Source of the DNA: Eledone cirrhosa
Lineage: Eukaryota
Assembly: GCA_964016885.1 (NCBI GenBank)
Contig: OZ024748.1
Location: 13,826,001 to 13,890,000, forward strand
Direction of reading: 5' to 3'
Length of the DNA: 64,000 nt
A program made the position numbers and the translations under genes. Shown piece by piece: positions 1 through 13,075 of this stretch; within the stretch, counting starts at the first letter, position 1; each line of letters opens with the position of its first letter. The notes below the pieces were generated by a model. The model saw only the letters and a list, made by a program, of their open reading frames with translations, had not been told where the DNA came from and did no database searches.

Positions 1-74
1 GACACATGTGTGTGTGTGTGTGTATGCATATATATATATACATGTGTATATATATATATATATATATATAGATG

Positions 75-108
<34 letters not shown>

Positions 109-239
109 TGTATATATATATATATATATATATATAGATGTATATATATATATACACATGTATATATATATATATATACATGTATATATATATATACACA
201 TGTATATATATATATACACATATATATATATATATACAC

Positions 240-297
<58 letters not shown>

Positions 298-355
298 ATA
301 TATATATACATACACATGTATATATATGTATATATATATAGATATATATACACAC

Positions 356-401
<46 letters not shown>

Positions 402-470
402 GTATATATATATGTATACTTACATATATACAAGCATGTACACATATATTCAGACACACATCCATACACA
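1..470. repeat. Compound (TG)n/(TA)n/(GA)n microsatellite
   Basis: Directly visible dinucleotide runs; source of the spurious YIYI ORFs. Confidence 0.97.
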
Positions 471-820
471 CATACATACATAAACATATATCAACGCTGT
501 TATGAGAGAATCATGACGACGTTCTATGAATATAATTAGAAAATACCACGTTTAGCCTCGGGGTTAAATAAAGAAGCAAGATTAGATGTTTAGGGATAAT
601 CTTTCTTTTATTTCATTATATTTCACTCATATATTTTATTTCATATATTTTCAATTTGATTTCAATGTTCCTCGCCTTTTCTTTATTATAAATCACTTGT
701 ATTGAAGAAGACATTCTTTGTTGCGAAGTGATTCTCTTCAACTCGCTATTTATTAGATCAGATTCTCACACTTCTTTAAATATGAAGAGATTTCTTCAAA
801 TACTTTCTTCTTATTATTAT

Positions 821-1785
821 TTGGTGGTGGATAGGCAGTATCGGTAGAGGGTCTGACGCAATGTTTTGCGGCATAGAGTTACGGTCCTTTATTATCTGAG
901 TTCAAATCCGCTGAAGTTAACTTTGCCTTTCATCCTTACGGGGTCGATAAAATAAAGTACCAGTCACACACTGGGTCGATTTAATTGACTTTCCTCTCCT
1001 CCAAAATTGCTGGCCTTGAGCCTATATAAGAAACCATTATTACTCCATGCTTTACGATCTGAGTTCAAATCCGGTCGAGGTTAACTTTGCCTTTCATCCT
1101 TACGGGGTCGATAAAATAAAGTACCAGTAATGTACTGGGTAATTGCTGGCCTTGTGCCTAAAATAGAAACAATTATTACTCCATGCTTTCTAGCAAAAAT
1201 ACGTCCCTTTACGGTTTGAGTTCAAATCCCGTCGAGGTTAACTTTGCCTTTCATCCATACGAGGGCGATAGAATAAATTACCAGCAATGTACTGGGGTAA
1301 TTGCTGGCCTTGTGCCAAAAGTAGAAACAATTATTATTATTATTACCATTACTATTGGCGGTGCATTGGCAGTATCGGTAGAGGGTCGGACGCCATGCTT
1401 TGACGCATAGAGTTACGGCCCTTGCCATTCTGAGTTCAAATCCCGCCGAGGTTAACTTCGCCTTTCATCCTTACGAGGGCGATACAATAAAGTACCAGTA
1501 ATGCACTGGGTATTTGCTGGCCTTGTGCCAAAAGTAAAAACAATTATTATTACCATTACTTTTCTTTTTTTTTTTCTTTTTCTTCATTTCTTCTTTCTCT
1601 TATTATTATTATCCCAGGGCGGTGAATTGGCAGTATCGGTAGAAGGTCGGACACCATGCTTTACAGCATATAGTTACGTCCCTTTACAGCCTGAGTTTAA
1701 ATCCCTTACGAGGTCGATAAAATAAAGTACCAGTAATGCACTGGGTAATTGCTGGCCTTGTGCCAAAAGTAGAAACAATTATTAT
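821..1785 (+). mobile_element. Tandem array of 5 tRNA-derived Nin-domain SINE copies (some 5'-truncated)
   Basis: A-box-like TGGCAGTATCGG, B-box GAGTTCAAATCC, central GCCGAGGTTAACTTTGCCTTTCATCC..GGGGTCGATAAAATAAAGTACCAG and (ATT)n tail; copies at ~821, 1048, 1183, 1357 and 1617. Confidence 0.9.
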
Positions 1786-2217
1786 TCTTTCTTATTTTCT
1801 TCTTATTGTTCTTTTTCGTTTTTCCTTTTCTTTTCCTCCTCTTCCTTCTCCTTCTTCTTATCGTCCTTTTTTTCTGAATGCTTCAAATCTAAACTGACAA
1901 TTTAAAAGTTAAGTCATCCATCATCTTGATTCGGTAACAGTTGCTGATAGGCTCCATCTACCTCCATCCACCTTCATCCTTCTCCTTCCGTCTCTATCTA
2001 CTTCCATCCACCTCCCATCCATTGCTGACTTCATAATCACTAGCACGGTCGCTCACGTCATCGACAATTAGCCTTCAACTTAAAAGGATCCTTTACGGAT
2101 TTTCAGTACCCACTCGAACGAATGATTTGAATTCAGAGTGTAGAAAGCCGGAACAATTATCACAAAACCTATCATCTGAGGCGTTAATTGTTCTGTTGAT
2201 TCCTCCTATAATATGGA

Positions 2218-2315
2218 TTAGTATTGTGTGGTCCTGTAACTCCTGATGGAGACGTATGGGTGAACTGTAGTGAGATACGGCTTTAAAACATAGTGGAACC
2301 CATCCCACTCTTCGC
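2218..2315 (-). CDS. Candidate terminal coding exon (phase 1: (G)EEWDGFHYVLKPYLTTVHPYVSIRSYRTTQY*), paralog of 24694-24860
   Basis: Acceptor TCTGCTGTGTTCAG|G; nucleotide similarity to 24745-24875 including the acceptor; reading frame ambiguous. Confidence 0.35.
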
Positions 2316-2344
2316 CTGAACACAGCAGAATTTTTGTTCATATA

Positions 2345-3300
2345 AGGATTTCTAATATAGGCACAAGGCCAGCAATTTGGGGGAGAGGGGAAAGTCGATT
2401 AAACCGACCCCAGTACGTTACTGGTACTTTATTTTTTAACCCAGTAAGGGTGAAAGGCAAAGTTGACCTCGGCGGGATTTGAACTCAGAACGTAAAGGGA
2501 TCTAACTCTCTGCTGCAAAGCATGGCGTCCGACCGTTACTGCCAATTTTTGTTCATATAATGATGATTTCTAGTATAGTCACAAGGCCAGTAATTCTGGG
2601 GTGAGGGGAAAGTCGATAAATCGACACCAGTACGTTACTGGTACTTTATTTTATCAACCCATTAAGGATGAAATGCAAAGTGAACCTCAGCGGGATTTGA
2701 ACTCAGACCGTAAAGCGACGTAACTCTAGGCTGCAAAGCATGGCGTCCATCCCTCTACCGATACTACCAATTATTTTTTCATATAATTGTTTATACATTT
2801 GGCACAAGGCCAGCAATTACTCCAGTTCATTACTGGTGCTTTATTTTATTGACCCCGTATGGATGAAAGGCAATGTTAACCTCGGCAGGATTTGAACTCA
2901 GACTGTAAAACGACGCAACTCTATGCTGCAAAGCATGGCGTCCGTCCCTCTACCGAGAACTGTCAATTTTAGTTCATATAATTTTTGTTCATATAATTTT
3001 TATTCATATAATTGTTTCTACTTTTGGCACAAGGCCAGCAATTATCCCAGTGTATTACTGGTACTTTATTTTATCGACCCCGTAAGGATGAAAGGCAAAG
3101 TTAACCTAGGCGGGATTTGAACTCAGTCCGTAAAGGGACGTAACTGTGCTGCAAAGCATGGGGCCCGACCCTCTACAATAGAAAGCAAGTTAGAGAAAAT
3201 GCGAACGTTATATAGAGAAGAATCGACTCTACTTCTAAATTAGTACATATTTTAACGACTTCGAATGATGAAAGGCAACGGTTCCATGATTCACCTATAT
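2345..3300 (-). mobile_element. Array of 4 young Nin-SINE copies plus one old diverged copy (3178-3300)
   Basis: Reverse complement of the SINE at 821; copies separated by repeated TTTTGTTCATATAA-like spacers. Confidence 0.9.
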
Positions 3301-4309
3301 TACCTATAAAAACGTTGATACAAAATGCAGTTTCGCCAGCCATTAGATTTATTTAATATATTTGATATTTTTGTTAAAGAGATAATTAGAAGATTTCGCC
3401 ATAAAAAAGAAAAAAAAAAAGCTCTTTTAGTAACAAAGATTCTACTAATGGATTATTTTGAAATTGGAAGTCAATTTAAGTTTTTTTCTAAATCATGTTT
3501 ACAAATGGATGGTCAAGCAATTAATTGTACCTTATCACATCTAACAATACACCCACGTATATTACAAACAACTATATACTCTCACATATTACTACATACA
3601 CATCTTAATATACACTGACACTCACACACAAACCACCATATGCACACACATCTTAATAGACACACAGTCACAGCCACACACCTCACCATACACACACATA
3701 TCTTTATAGACACTGACAGACACGCACACACAAACAGACACAACAACACACACACCACCACACACACACACAAACAAGTTTTCATACACACAGACGCATC
3801 CACACACATACCACCACACACCTCTTCATACAATCTGAGAGACACACACACAACCACACACATACCACACACACACACACACATCATCATATACACTGAC
3901 AGACACGCACATACCACCACACTCACACATTTTCATACACACTGAGAGACACACAGCCAGACACAACCACACACATACCAACATACACACACTCACACAT
4001 CTTCATAGACACACAAGCAGGCGCACATTCAGAGAGACACTAACATACACCTACCTCTACCTCGCACACACACACATCTTCATAGACACACATACACGCA
4101 CAAGCAGGCTCACACACTCTAATACATTGCACACACATAGCACCAACATACACATATATCTTCATAGATAAACATACACACTGCAGACACACACAGATGA
4201 TCACGCACACAGACACACACAGGCGCAGGCTGATAGAAGCACGTACAAAGACATGAAGACACAAATATACATCCATATTAAATCTCCATCGAATCCGACA
4301 ACGATTCTT

Positions 4310-4595
4310 CTGCCTAATTAATCAGTGAAACAATCTGTTAAATAAGGCTTAAAAGTGTCTGAGCATCCCACGAGGATGTGACTCTTAACGTAACGCAATT
4401 CTCAGTGAGAGGATTGATCATGAGACAGTAAAGAGGCTGAACCTTTTGAATTACTGGTACAACTCATTTGTTCCAACTGTGTGGACAGGAGCAGTGTAAA
4501 ATAAAGTGTCTCCCTCGAGCACTCAACACGTCGCTGGGAATAGAACTGATGATATTAGGATCGTTAGACGAACTCCATAACAACCGAACCACACA
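4310..4595 (-). mobile_element. Degenerate tRNA/CORE-type SINE
   Basis: GGAGCAGTGTAAAATAAAGTGTCT..CAACACG..GGGAATAGAACT resembles the copies at 6429 and 33245. Confidence 0.6.
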
Positions 4596-4719
4596 TCCAT
4601 ACACACAAACACACACATACACATTTTCTAACTAATCACAGACACATATACATACACACATGGAAACACATACCAAAATACTTATATATCTGTTGTACCA
4701 TTTAGTCAAGACGAAATAA

Positions 4720-4880
4720 TTGTTTCTAGTTTGGGCACAAGGCCATCAATCATCGCAGTGCATTACTGGTACTTTATTTTATCGATCACATAAGGATGAA
4801 AGACAAAGCTAACCTCGGTGGGATTTGAACTCAGACCATAAACGGCCGTAACAAAGCATGGCGTCAGACCCTCTATCGAC
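4720..4880 (-). mobile_element. Nin-SINE copy (short variant)
   Basis: CACAAGGCC..CATTACTGGTACTTTATTTTATCG..GGATTTGAACTCAG. Confidence 0.85.
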
Positions 4881-5451
4881 GAAATAATACACAACCCATA
4901 TATCCCTCGAATGGTGTCATGTAAATTTGACTTGGTGAGATTCGAACGGGTTGGTACCAGGATAATACCCGTTCTTATTCATACCTCGTCAAAACTTACA
5001 CAAGAATAGTTAATGTAATTCACCTTAGTACCAAACAACATACATCATATCTTGATGCAGTTATTAGGTAACAAAATTCAGGACCTAAAACACGCGATGG
5101 AACTCCAGTGAATAAACACTGAATTATTTACAATAAAGTCTTTAGGCATTTTTCGAAGGAAGGTTTTGAAAAGAGATAATTTGTAATCGGACAAACCATG
5201 TTCAAGCTATAAAAATTCTAATAGATTCTTCGGAATTTGAAGAATAATCATGTAACTTGTTTGTGAGGATTTAGTGAGATAGTGAAACAAATATTTCATG
5301 TCAAGCCTACGTACTGACATCCACAAACAAATGATTCTAAATTAACAGATAGACATGCGAGCATGTTCAATCATTTAAATAAACATATATATATATATAG
5401 ACACACACACACATATATATATATATAGAGAGAGACACACACACATATATG

Positions 5452-5524
<73 letters not shown>

Positions 5525-5579
5525 TATGTATGTATGCATGTGTATATATATATATATATGTATGCATGTGTATATATAT

Positions 5580-6190
5580 AGTGAAAAATTGAACGGGAAC
5601 AAAACAGAGAGGCAGTACGAAAAAAGGTTTATTAGTTTCACGCTCTTGAGAATAGGGTGGTGGTGGGGGAACGACGTTTCGGGCATAAGCCCTTCTTCAG
5701 GCGAAAAGTGTGTGGGAAGAGAGTTCCAAGGGTGAAGTAAAACAAGTGGGGGACGGGTGTGGGGCGTGTAGGGGTGGTGGCGGGTGGAGTGGTGAGAGGG
5801 AGGCGGGATGTCCGAGCGGGGAGGACTGAAGGTGGTGTATGTGTGTAGGTGTACGTGTATGTGTGTGTGTGTGTGTAACTAAGAGTTGGGGGAAGAACGA
5901 GGTTGCATGTTCAGGAAAAGTTATGTGTGGGGTGGGGTGTAGGTCGGTGCGTGTGTGCGTGTGTGGATGGGGAGGGGTCAGAGGGGCGGGGGAGAGGATT
6001 CCGGAGGCTGAGTGTGTAAATATGTGGTGGTACGTACGTGTGTGTGGTGTTTATACGTGTTGTGGATGTAGGTGGCGTGTGGGAAAAACATTTTTTTGAG
6101 TGTATGTCCGTGGGTGAGTTCCTAAGGTAGTTCCGTAGAGGATGTGGTGAGATGCTGGGTAATTTCCTTGTGATGAAGTTGCTTCTTGGA
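5580..6190 (-). mobile_element. Penelope-like element terminal remnant with minimal hammerhead motif at 5671-5703
   Basis: Minus strand CUGAAGA-A-GGGC-UUAU-GCCC-GAAA-CG-UC; bounded by (TA)n; stem I weak; outer boundary uncertain. Confidence 0.6.
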
Positions 6191-6243
6191 TATATATAAT
6201 AATATAAATATATATATATGTACTATGTATGTATGCATGTGTG

Positions 6244-6286
<43 letters not shown>

Positions 6287-6297
6287 ATAATGTATGC

Positions 6298-6329
<32 letters not shown>

Positions 6330-6428
6330 TTTAGGAACGATCGACTTTCGTCAAATCGGACCGAGGGAACAATGTTTCCGTTGGTCTTTCCAATTGCTAG
6401 TACTATCTATCGGTCGCAACTCCAGGTA

Positions 6429-6549
6429 GAAGGAGCAACGTGAAATAAAGTGTCTTGCTCAAGGACATAACGCATCGCCTGGTCCAGGAATCGAACTCGC
6501 AACCTTACGATTGCGAATCCGATTCTCTAACCACTCCGCCACACGCCTT

Positions 6550-6552
<3 letters not shown>
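6429..6552 (-). mobile_element. tRNA-derived CORE-type SINE 5' half
   Basis: Minus strand A box TGGCGGAGTGG, B box GTTCGATTCC, then CORE-like GTCCTTGAGCAAGACACTTTA. Confidence 0.8.
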
Positions 6553-6586
<34 letters not shown>

Positions 6587-6591
<5 letters not shown>

Positions 6592-6728
6592 AACCAATAA
6601 GACCCCACAAAAAAAAAAAAAAAAAAAAAAGGGGTCTTACTGGTTCCTATTACCCACTCTACTACCTCAAGTATTGAGTACTTTGGTGCGTTATGGTCCA
6701 CCTGGTTCCTTACCACATTTCCTTCGTT
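6587..6728 (+). mobile_element. Fold-back element family C (20-bp inverted arm, poly-A loop, unique tail) inserted in (TA)n
   Basis: ATAGGAACCAATAAGACCCC-AC(A)22-GGGGTCTTACTGGTTCCTAT; tail shared with 38765-38842. Confidence 0.75.
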
Positions 6729-6753
6729 ATATATATATATATATATATATATA

Positions 6754-6920
6754 GTAATAATAATAAATTTGAAGACTAAAATCCAAAGAGGGCTCGCTCC
6801 GGTTGCAACGTTTTTTGAAATATCCAGTTCTACGTTTACAGATTGACTTTGTTAGTTTCAGAAGATCCTGTTAAGGGTGAAAGCAGCGATTCTTTGCTTA
6901 AACTTTAATCTGTTATTTTA

Positions 6921-6925
<5 letters not shown>
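6754..6925 (+). mobile_element. (TA)n-flanked non-autonomous element family D (internally deleted copy)
   Basis: Shared blocks with 28671-28889, 31771-31880, 32587-32618, 47857-47990, 58805-58853 and 59605-59722. Confidence 0.8.
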
Positions 6926-6951
<26 letters not shown>

Positions 6952-7060
6952 GTATATACGTGTTTGTTTTTGTGCAGAAACTTCAGTAAGTCAGAAGAAA
7001 ACTGGCGAGATAATCAAAGTCAGCACTTGATGCAGAGCAGTGTGTATATAATAAGAACAA

Positions 7061-7433
7061 GGTGGTGTTACATAGCAAATATATTGCTTAATCCTGGTTA
7101 AAAATGCTTCTCAAGCAGCTGGTTCGTCATCTTGGTTGGTACCCCGACAAGACTGCCTAATCCTCAGACCAGTGTTAACACAGCAAAAATCACATCAAAT
7201 CTGTCGACGAACCTGCTGGATACAAAGAATTATATAAAAGTATATATAATTCTATATGGTTGTTCATGTCTGGCTGGTTCGTCGTCAGATTTGATGTGAA
7301 ATGTTGGCGTGTTAACCCTGGCCTGAGTATCAGGCCGACTGGGGTGGATCGCCAACCTAAATCACGAGCCGGCTTCTTGAGAGGCGTTTGTAACCAGGAT
7401 TGGGCAATAAATCTCCTATGTAACGCCTCCACT
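7061..7433. repeat. Diverged ~370-bp inverted repeat (hairpin/MITE-like)
   Basis: Left arm GTTACATAG..AATCCTGGTTA..TCTCAAG..GTTAACAC..TCACATCAAATCTG matches the reverse complement of 7260-7433. Confidence 0.8.
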
Positions 7434-7438
7434 CTATA

Positions 7439-7969
<531 letters not shown>

Positions 7970-7970
<1 letters not shown>

Positions 7971-8335
7971 TGATGGCTGCCCCCTCGCTATCGAGTATGG
8001 TCATTGCACGAGAAAAAAAACCCATAATAATAACAATAATAATAATAATAACAACAATAATAATAACGACAACAACAATAATGATATACATATATATATA
8101 TATATACACACGCGCACACACATAAACATATCTACACACACACAAACGCGATAGCAATTAACAGCGCTGCGTTCGAATGTAGCTTTTTAGCCCAGCCAAT
8201 GATCTAAAATTTCCTGCACAGCTTTGGCAACGAAAACATCCACTGCGAATAGCCGGCTTTGGTTGGAGTTCATGTACTTTTGCATGTCGTTTGAGCCCTC
8301 CTGCTGCTTTATATTCTACCACATGCTTGGCAAGC
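7970..8335 (-). mobile_element. RTE-type LINE 3' end, interrupted by microsatellites
   Basis: Minus frame ..GGLKRHAKVH..FRCQSCAGNFRSLAGLKSYIR (degenerate C2H2-like C-terminus); 3' tail ATACTCGATAGCGAGGGGGCAGCCATCATGTAT similar to 39357-39400. Confidence 0.65.
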
Positions 8336-8591
8336 GTGATGAGTAGCATCTCTAACAGCAGCCTGGTAGTCAACCACTGGTCTTACTTTATGACTGCGAA
8401 GATGACTTCCGAGTCCAACTTTGATTAAGCAGAGTCTCGCACAGCAGACGCTGCATGTCAGCGCCATAGGAGGACTTTCGCCGTCATATATATTAATTTA
8501 TATTAACTTGTATTACACGGCTCAGAAATACTTCTTTCTTTGAGCTATTTCATTGTAAAGGACTGCTTGAGTTTAGAACTCATTATTCTTA

Positions 8592-8632
<41 letters not shown>

Positions 8633-8654
8633 TATATATATGGATGTATGTGTA

Positions 8655-8830
8655 CACTGAAAAAACATTACAGACAATGAAGTAGAATGAGGATATATAT
8701 TAGTTTTCACGCTTAATATTTTAATATAGTAGGACAAGAGTTGAGATTTCGGGCGTTAGTCCTTCATCAGAAAATAGAATGAGAAGTTAAAGAGGGATAG
8801 AAAAGATAGGGGAGAGCCTGCAGGGACAGA
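8655..8830 (-). mobile_element. Penelope-like terminal remnant with degenerate hammerhead (8742-8773)
   Basis: Minus strand CUGAUGA-A-GGAC-UAAC-GCCC-GAAA; flanks resemble 44665-44810. Confidence 0.55.
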
Positions 8831-9015
8831 ATCGAAAAATATTTCTTGGAGAAAAAGCAGATCTGTTCAATTCCCCACCTCCTGCATATATATGTTATGG
8901 AATACGAATTTGACGTCGGCTCCCATACTTATAGTCATTCAAAGATTGAAGCATTAACAAAAGAAAACTCTCCACTACGTTACTGAAGAGCACTAAATGA
9001 AACGCTGGATTATAA

Positions 9016-9080
<65 letters not shown>

Positions 9081-9368
9081 CATTTTGTTGTTATTGTCAT
9101 AATGGTGTACAATGAAATACATGAATAGTTTCAATTATCTAAGGCTTAGATAATTGAAACTTAGATTCTAAGGGAACAGTATTTGCACATCCATGCACGG
9201 TACATACAAACACATAAACACGGACAAACGCACAAAGACACATACAAAAGCACACGCTGACACATATGCACTTAATATATGTATGCATGTGTGTATGGAA
9301 TATATATCCATTTTTTCACACAACAGAATCGAACATAGGTATACGAGCATAAACACAGTCAGGCCTAA

Positions 9369-9417
<49 letters not shown>

Positions 9418-9481
9418 GAGGGAGAGAGAGAGGGAGAGAGTGACAGAGAGAGAAAGAGAGAAAGAGAGGTGGAGAGAGAGA

Positions 9482-9549
<68 letters not shown>

Positions 9550-10039
9550 ACGACAGTAATTTATAAGACAACATTCTATAATTATTACTTTCTGTAAAAG
9601 CTGTCATTGTGTTATTTACTAAGATAAGCTATCTCGTATCTCTTGTATGTCAGCTGCAATATATTATAACATTTATGGCGAGCAATAAAATAGTTCTTAT
9701 TCTAGTATCTCATGCACAATATTCTACATATGCATCAATCAGTAACAGCAACGACATCATTACTCCACCGTATATGTTTGTGTTTACATTGTAGAGTTGC
9801 AGCGTGTGTGTTTATTGTAATGTTGGGTCTTTACATACGTTTTGAGAATATATGAAAGGGAAAGTAATTTAACCCTCTCGTAACTATGTTTCCAATAGCA
9901 GACACTTTATATGTGTTTTAAATAATTTTGAAAATAATTTAAAATGTTGATGAATTTATTTAAATACGTAAATATTTCGATATGAAACTGGTGTCTGGTG
10001 CATTAAATAACCAAAAAAAAAAAAACTTACATGAACTAT

Positions 10040-10217
10040 AATTGTTTCTACTTTTGACACAAGGCCAGCAATTCACCAGTGCGTTACTGGTACTTTATTT
10101 TATCGACCTCATAAAGTTAACCTCACGGGCACTTGAACTCAGAATGGCAACGGCCGTAACTCTATGCGTCAAAGCATTGCGTCCGACCCTCTACCGATAC
10201 TGCCAAACCACCGCCCA
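10040..10217 (-). mobile_element. Nin-SINE copy
   Basis: Matches the family consensus with an internal deletion. Confidence 0.85.
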
Positions 10218-10570
10218 AGTTATAATGGAAGATTTTAATACAAATAGGACCTCTTTAATATAAAGAGCTTCGTACTATATGACTAGTATGACCATGATAA
10301 TTGGCCATTACCCGTGATTCGAAACATCTGTATAGGTACAGTTTAGGTATAACAAGTGATGTAAGTAATATTTTTATATTTTGATTACTTTTCAACCTTG
10401 TCATATGTATTACAAGATATATTGTTTTCTCTAATGGTCTTGCATAAGTGTGCTCTGGAACGGGTTCTTTTCGCATCCCACGTCCATTGAGCACTTTAAA
10501 GAACAATGAAATAGAGATATTTTTATTTTGAAATTTATATCCAACACCCCCACACCCCCAAACACACACA

Positions 10571-10605
<35 letters not shown>

Positions 10606-10610
<5 letters not shown>

Positions 10611-11183
10611 GGACTTATTTTATTACATGTTATCCATGTGCAACCAGCAGTATTCTTCTCCCCATTTTTTCACATATATTTACCTAAACTGCGATTCTGT
10701 TTTTTTCTCTCTCTCTCTCTTACTGCTCCCTCGCTCTCTCTGTTTCTCCTACTTTCGTTCGCCCCCTCTGTCATGTCAGTTAACTCTTCCTCACACTTCC
10801 ACTCACTCACTCACTGTTTCTCCTCTTCTCACTTCACCCCGTTCGCGACGAAATCATTTTCTGTCTTCTCACATTTGAATTCGCTCCTGAAAGGTCTTTT
10901 TTCTAAGCGCTCATATATTCACCTAGCTTATGCTAACAGAATAACTATGAAGCTTGTTCCCTTCCTTCTACGGTTAGCTATCCTCTTTGTTGTTATCTTG
11001 TTTCACTCGCTTTACGCGTTTTAATTGTCCTAATAACTTAATTTATTTATTATTGCACCAACGTGAGGTATATGATTTTTAATGCAATGAAATATCTATG
11101 ATCGTCGGCAAATCACTGATGAGGGACTTATTTTATTACATGTTACCCATGTGCAACCAGCAGTATTCTTCTCCCCATTTTTT

Positions 11184-11192
<9 letters not shown>
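10606..11192. mobile_element. ~590-bp element with ~74-bp direct terminal repeats, flanked by (TA)n
   Basis: ATGAGGGACTTATTTTATTACATGTTA(T/C)CCATGTGCAACCAGCAGTATTCTTCTCCCCATTTTTTCACATAT at 10606 and 11119. Confidence 0.6.
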
Positions 11193-11245
<53 letters not shown>

Positions 11246-12007
11246 GCCGCATGTGTTGGGCTGCTCACCCTTACTCCCTTCCCCTTCTTGATGAAACTTT
11301 CCCTTTTTCTCCAACTGTCCTTCCCCTCTCTCTTATAACATTACGTTTTTTTGGGGGAAGGAATAACGTCCGATATATTGCATAGTTGTTTCCCTTTCCC
11401 ACAAGTACGAAACTAATAACTTCTCGTGCAATTGATATAAATGTATGTATGCAATTTATATATAAACCCAGTTCATTTCTTAGTTGTTAAATGTTTAAGC
11501 GTAGTCAATACAGTTGCAAATGATTGCTTTCAGCTTTTAACCAATATTTAACATAGGGCAACTAGACAGGAAGTAGCAATAATTTCACAATGTGAGATAT
11601 AATGCACATCCGTTCACGTAATACTTAGGGTATGAGTTGAAGAGGTTTTATATGTATTTTGAAATGGCCATATTTTCGTTGTATTCCACTTCCGCTGTGC
11701 GCACAGCTGCAATGCCTCTCATGCGTCGAATCTAAGTCAACACTAGAGTAGTAAGCGTTAAGATCGTTAATGTAATGAGCAAAATAAAAGTCATTAATTA
11801 AAATTATCTGAGCAAATATGATGATGAGAGGAATATGATTCATATTAGAGAAATCTCATCACAGACAGCATGATTGATCACATATTGATGACGCTATTTG
11901 TCATTGGAAATCAAGTAATTGGCTCGATCGATTAACAACAGATAAATCCACCCGTAACCACACGTAAGTTGGATATTTAGAGAAAAACATGAGACAGTGA
12001 TTATGTG

Positions 12008-12118
12008 ATGCAAGGCAACAACAACTACATCAACGACAAACACATCACATTGTTTAGTCCAATATTGCTGCTAATGACCGTAGGATTAAGTTATACCACC
12101 CAGCAACCTATACAAGAG
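12008..12118 (+). CDS. Candidate first coding exon with signal-peptide-like segment (MQGNNNYINDKHITLFSPILLLMTVGLSYTTQQPIQE)
   Basis: ATG, 37 open codons, hydrophobic core and consensus donor GAG|GTAAGT. Confidence 0.4.
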
Positions 12119-12295
12119 GTAAGTAGACTCTGAACGAAATGATGACATCTCCGTTTCTTCTTTAGTATATAACAGACTTGAAGCATTGTGGCATTTTTTA
12201 TTTGTTTCTTCTGGAGGAATATACTGTGCAAGCGGCCTTCGTAGATTCAGGGGTTACTAAGAGATTGTTGTCATTAACTTTCTGCTTGAAATGTT

Positions 12296-12351
12296 GCAAG
12301 TATATAGCCGCAAGTATATAGCCGCAAGTATATAGCCGCAAGTATATAGCC
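12296..12351. repeat. 4x14-bp tandem repeat GCAAGTATATAGCC
   Basis: Four exact units. Confidence 0.95.
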
Positions 12352-12601
12352 GTATGAAATGTATTATACAGGAAGGGAATACCTTAATGACGACATTTTA
12401 GTGTGCCATGGTCGAGCATAGTACATATTAATGTCTCTGTTTTATAAGCAGCAACATTGTGAGAATAAGCCAACCGGTTTTCATTATTCCGCAGTTAATA
12501 TGTTTCCAAATGCGTGATATAAAATATATAAATATACAGATAGATAGGTACATAGGTACACAGATCCATAGACATAGAGATACGTAGAATGATAGAATGT
12601 G

Positions 12602-12664
<63 letters not shown>

Positions 12665-12790
12665 TATACATATATACACACACACACATATATATACATA
12701 TATACACACACACATACACATATACATATATATACACACACACACACACACACATATACATATATATACACACACACACATACACATATA

Positions 12791-12822
<32 letters not shown>

Positions 12823-12861
12823 TACATATATATACACACACACACACATATACATATATAT

Positions 12862-12911
<50 letters not shown>

Positions 12912-13003
12912 GTATATATACACACACGCACACACACACATACAAATATATATATATATATACACACACACACATATAGTTCAAGAATTAACATATATAT
13001 ATA

Positions 13004-13075
<72 letters not shown>

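Noticed and set aside
1183-1725. Recurrent ORF peptides such as [16 protein letters not shown] and LAVSVEGR
   Set aside because: Translations of the non-coding Nin-SINE, not a protein family
2107-2246. Plus-strand phase-1 frame ending in a hydrophobic, GPI-like tail (..SEALIVLLIPPIIWISIVWSCNS*)
   Set aside because: It overlaps the minus-strand exon candidate whose acceptor is conserved in the 24860 paralog, and the hydrophobic tail is not conserved there; kept only as an alternative
6480-6552. tRNA gene
   Set aside because: A and B boxes are present, but the sequence runs directly into a SINE core and lacks a convincing acceptor stem
8158-8373. C2H2 zinc-finger gene
   Set aside because: A single degenerate finger followed by the LINE 3' tail, with the same end at 39216; it is an RTE-type ORF terminus
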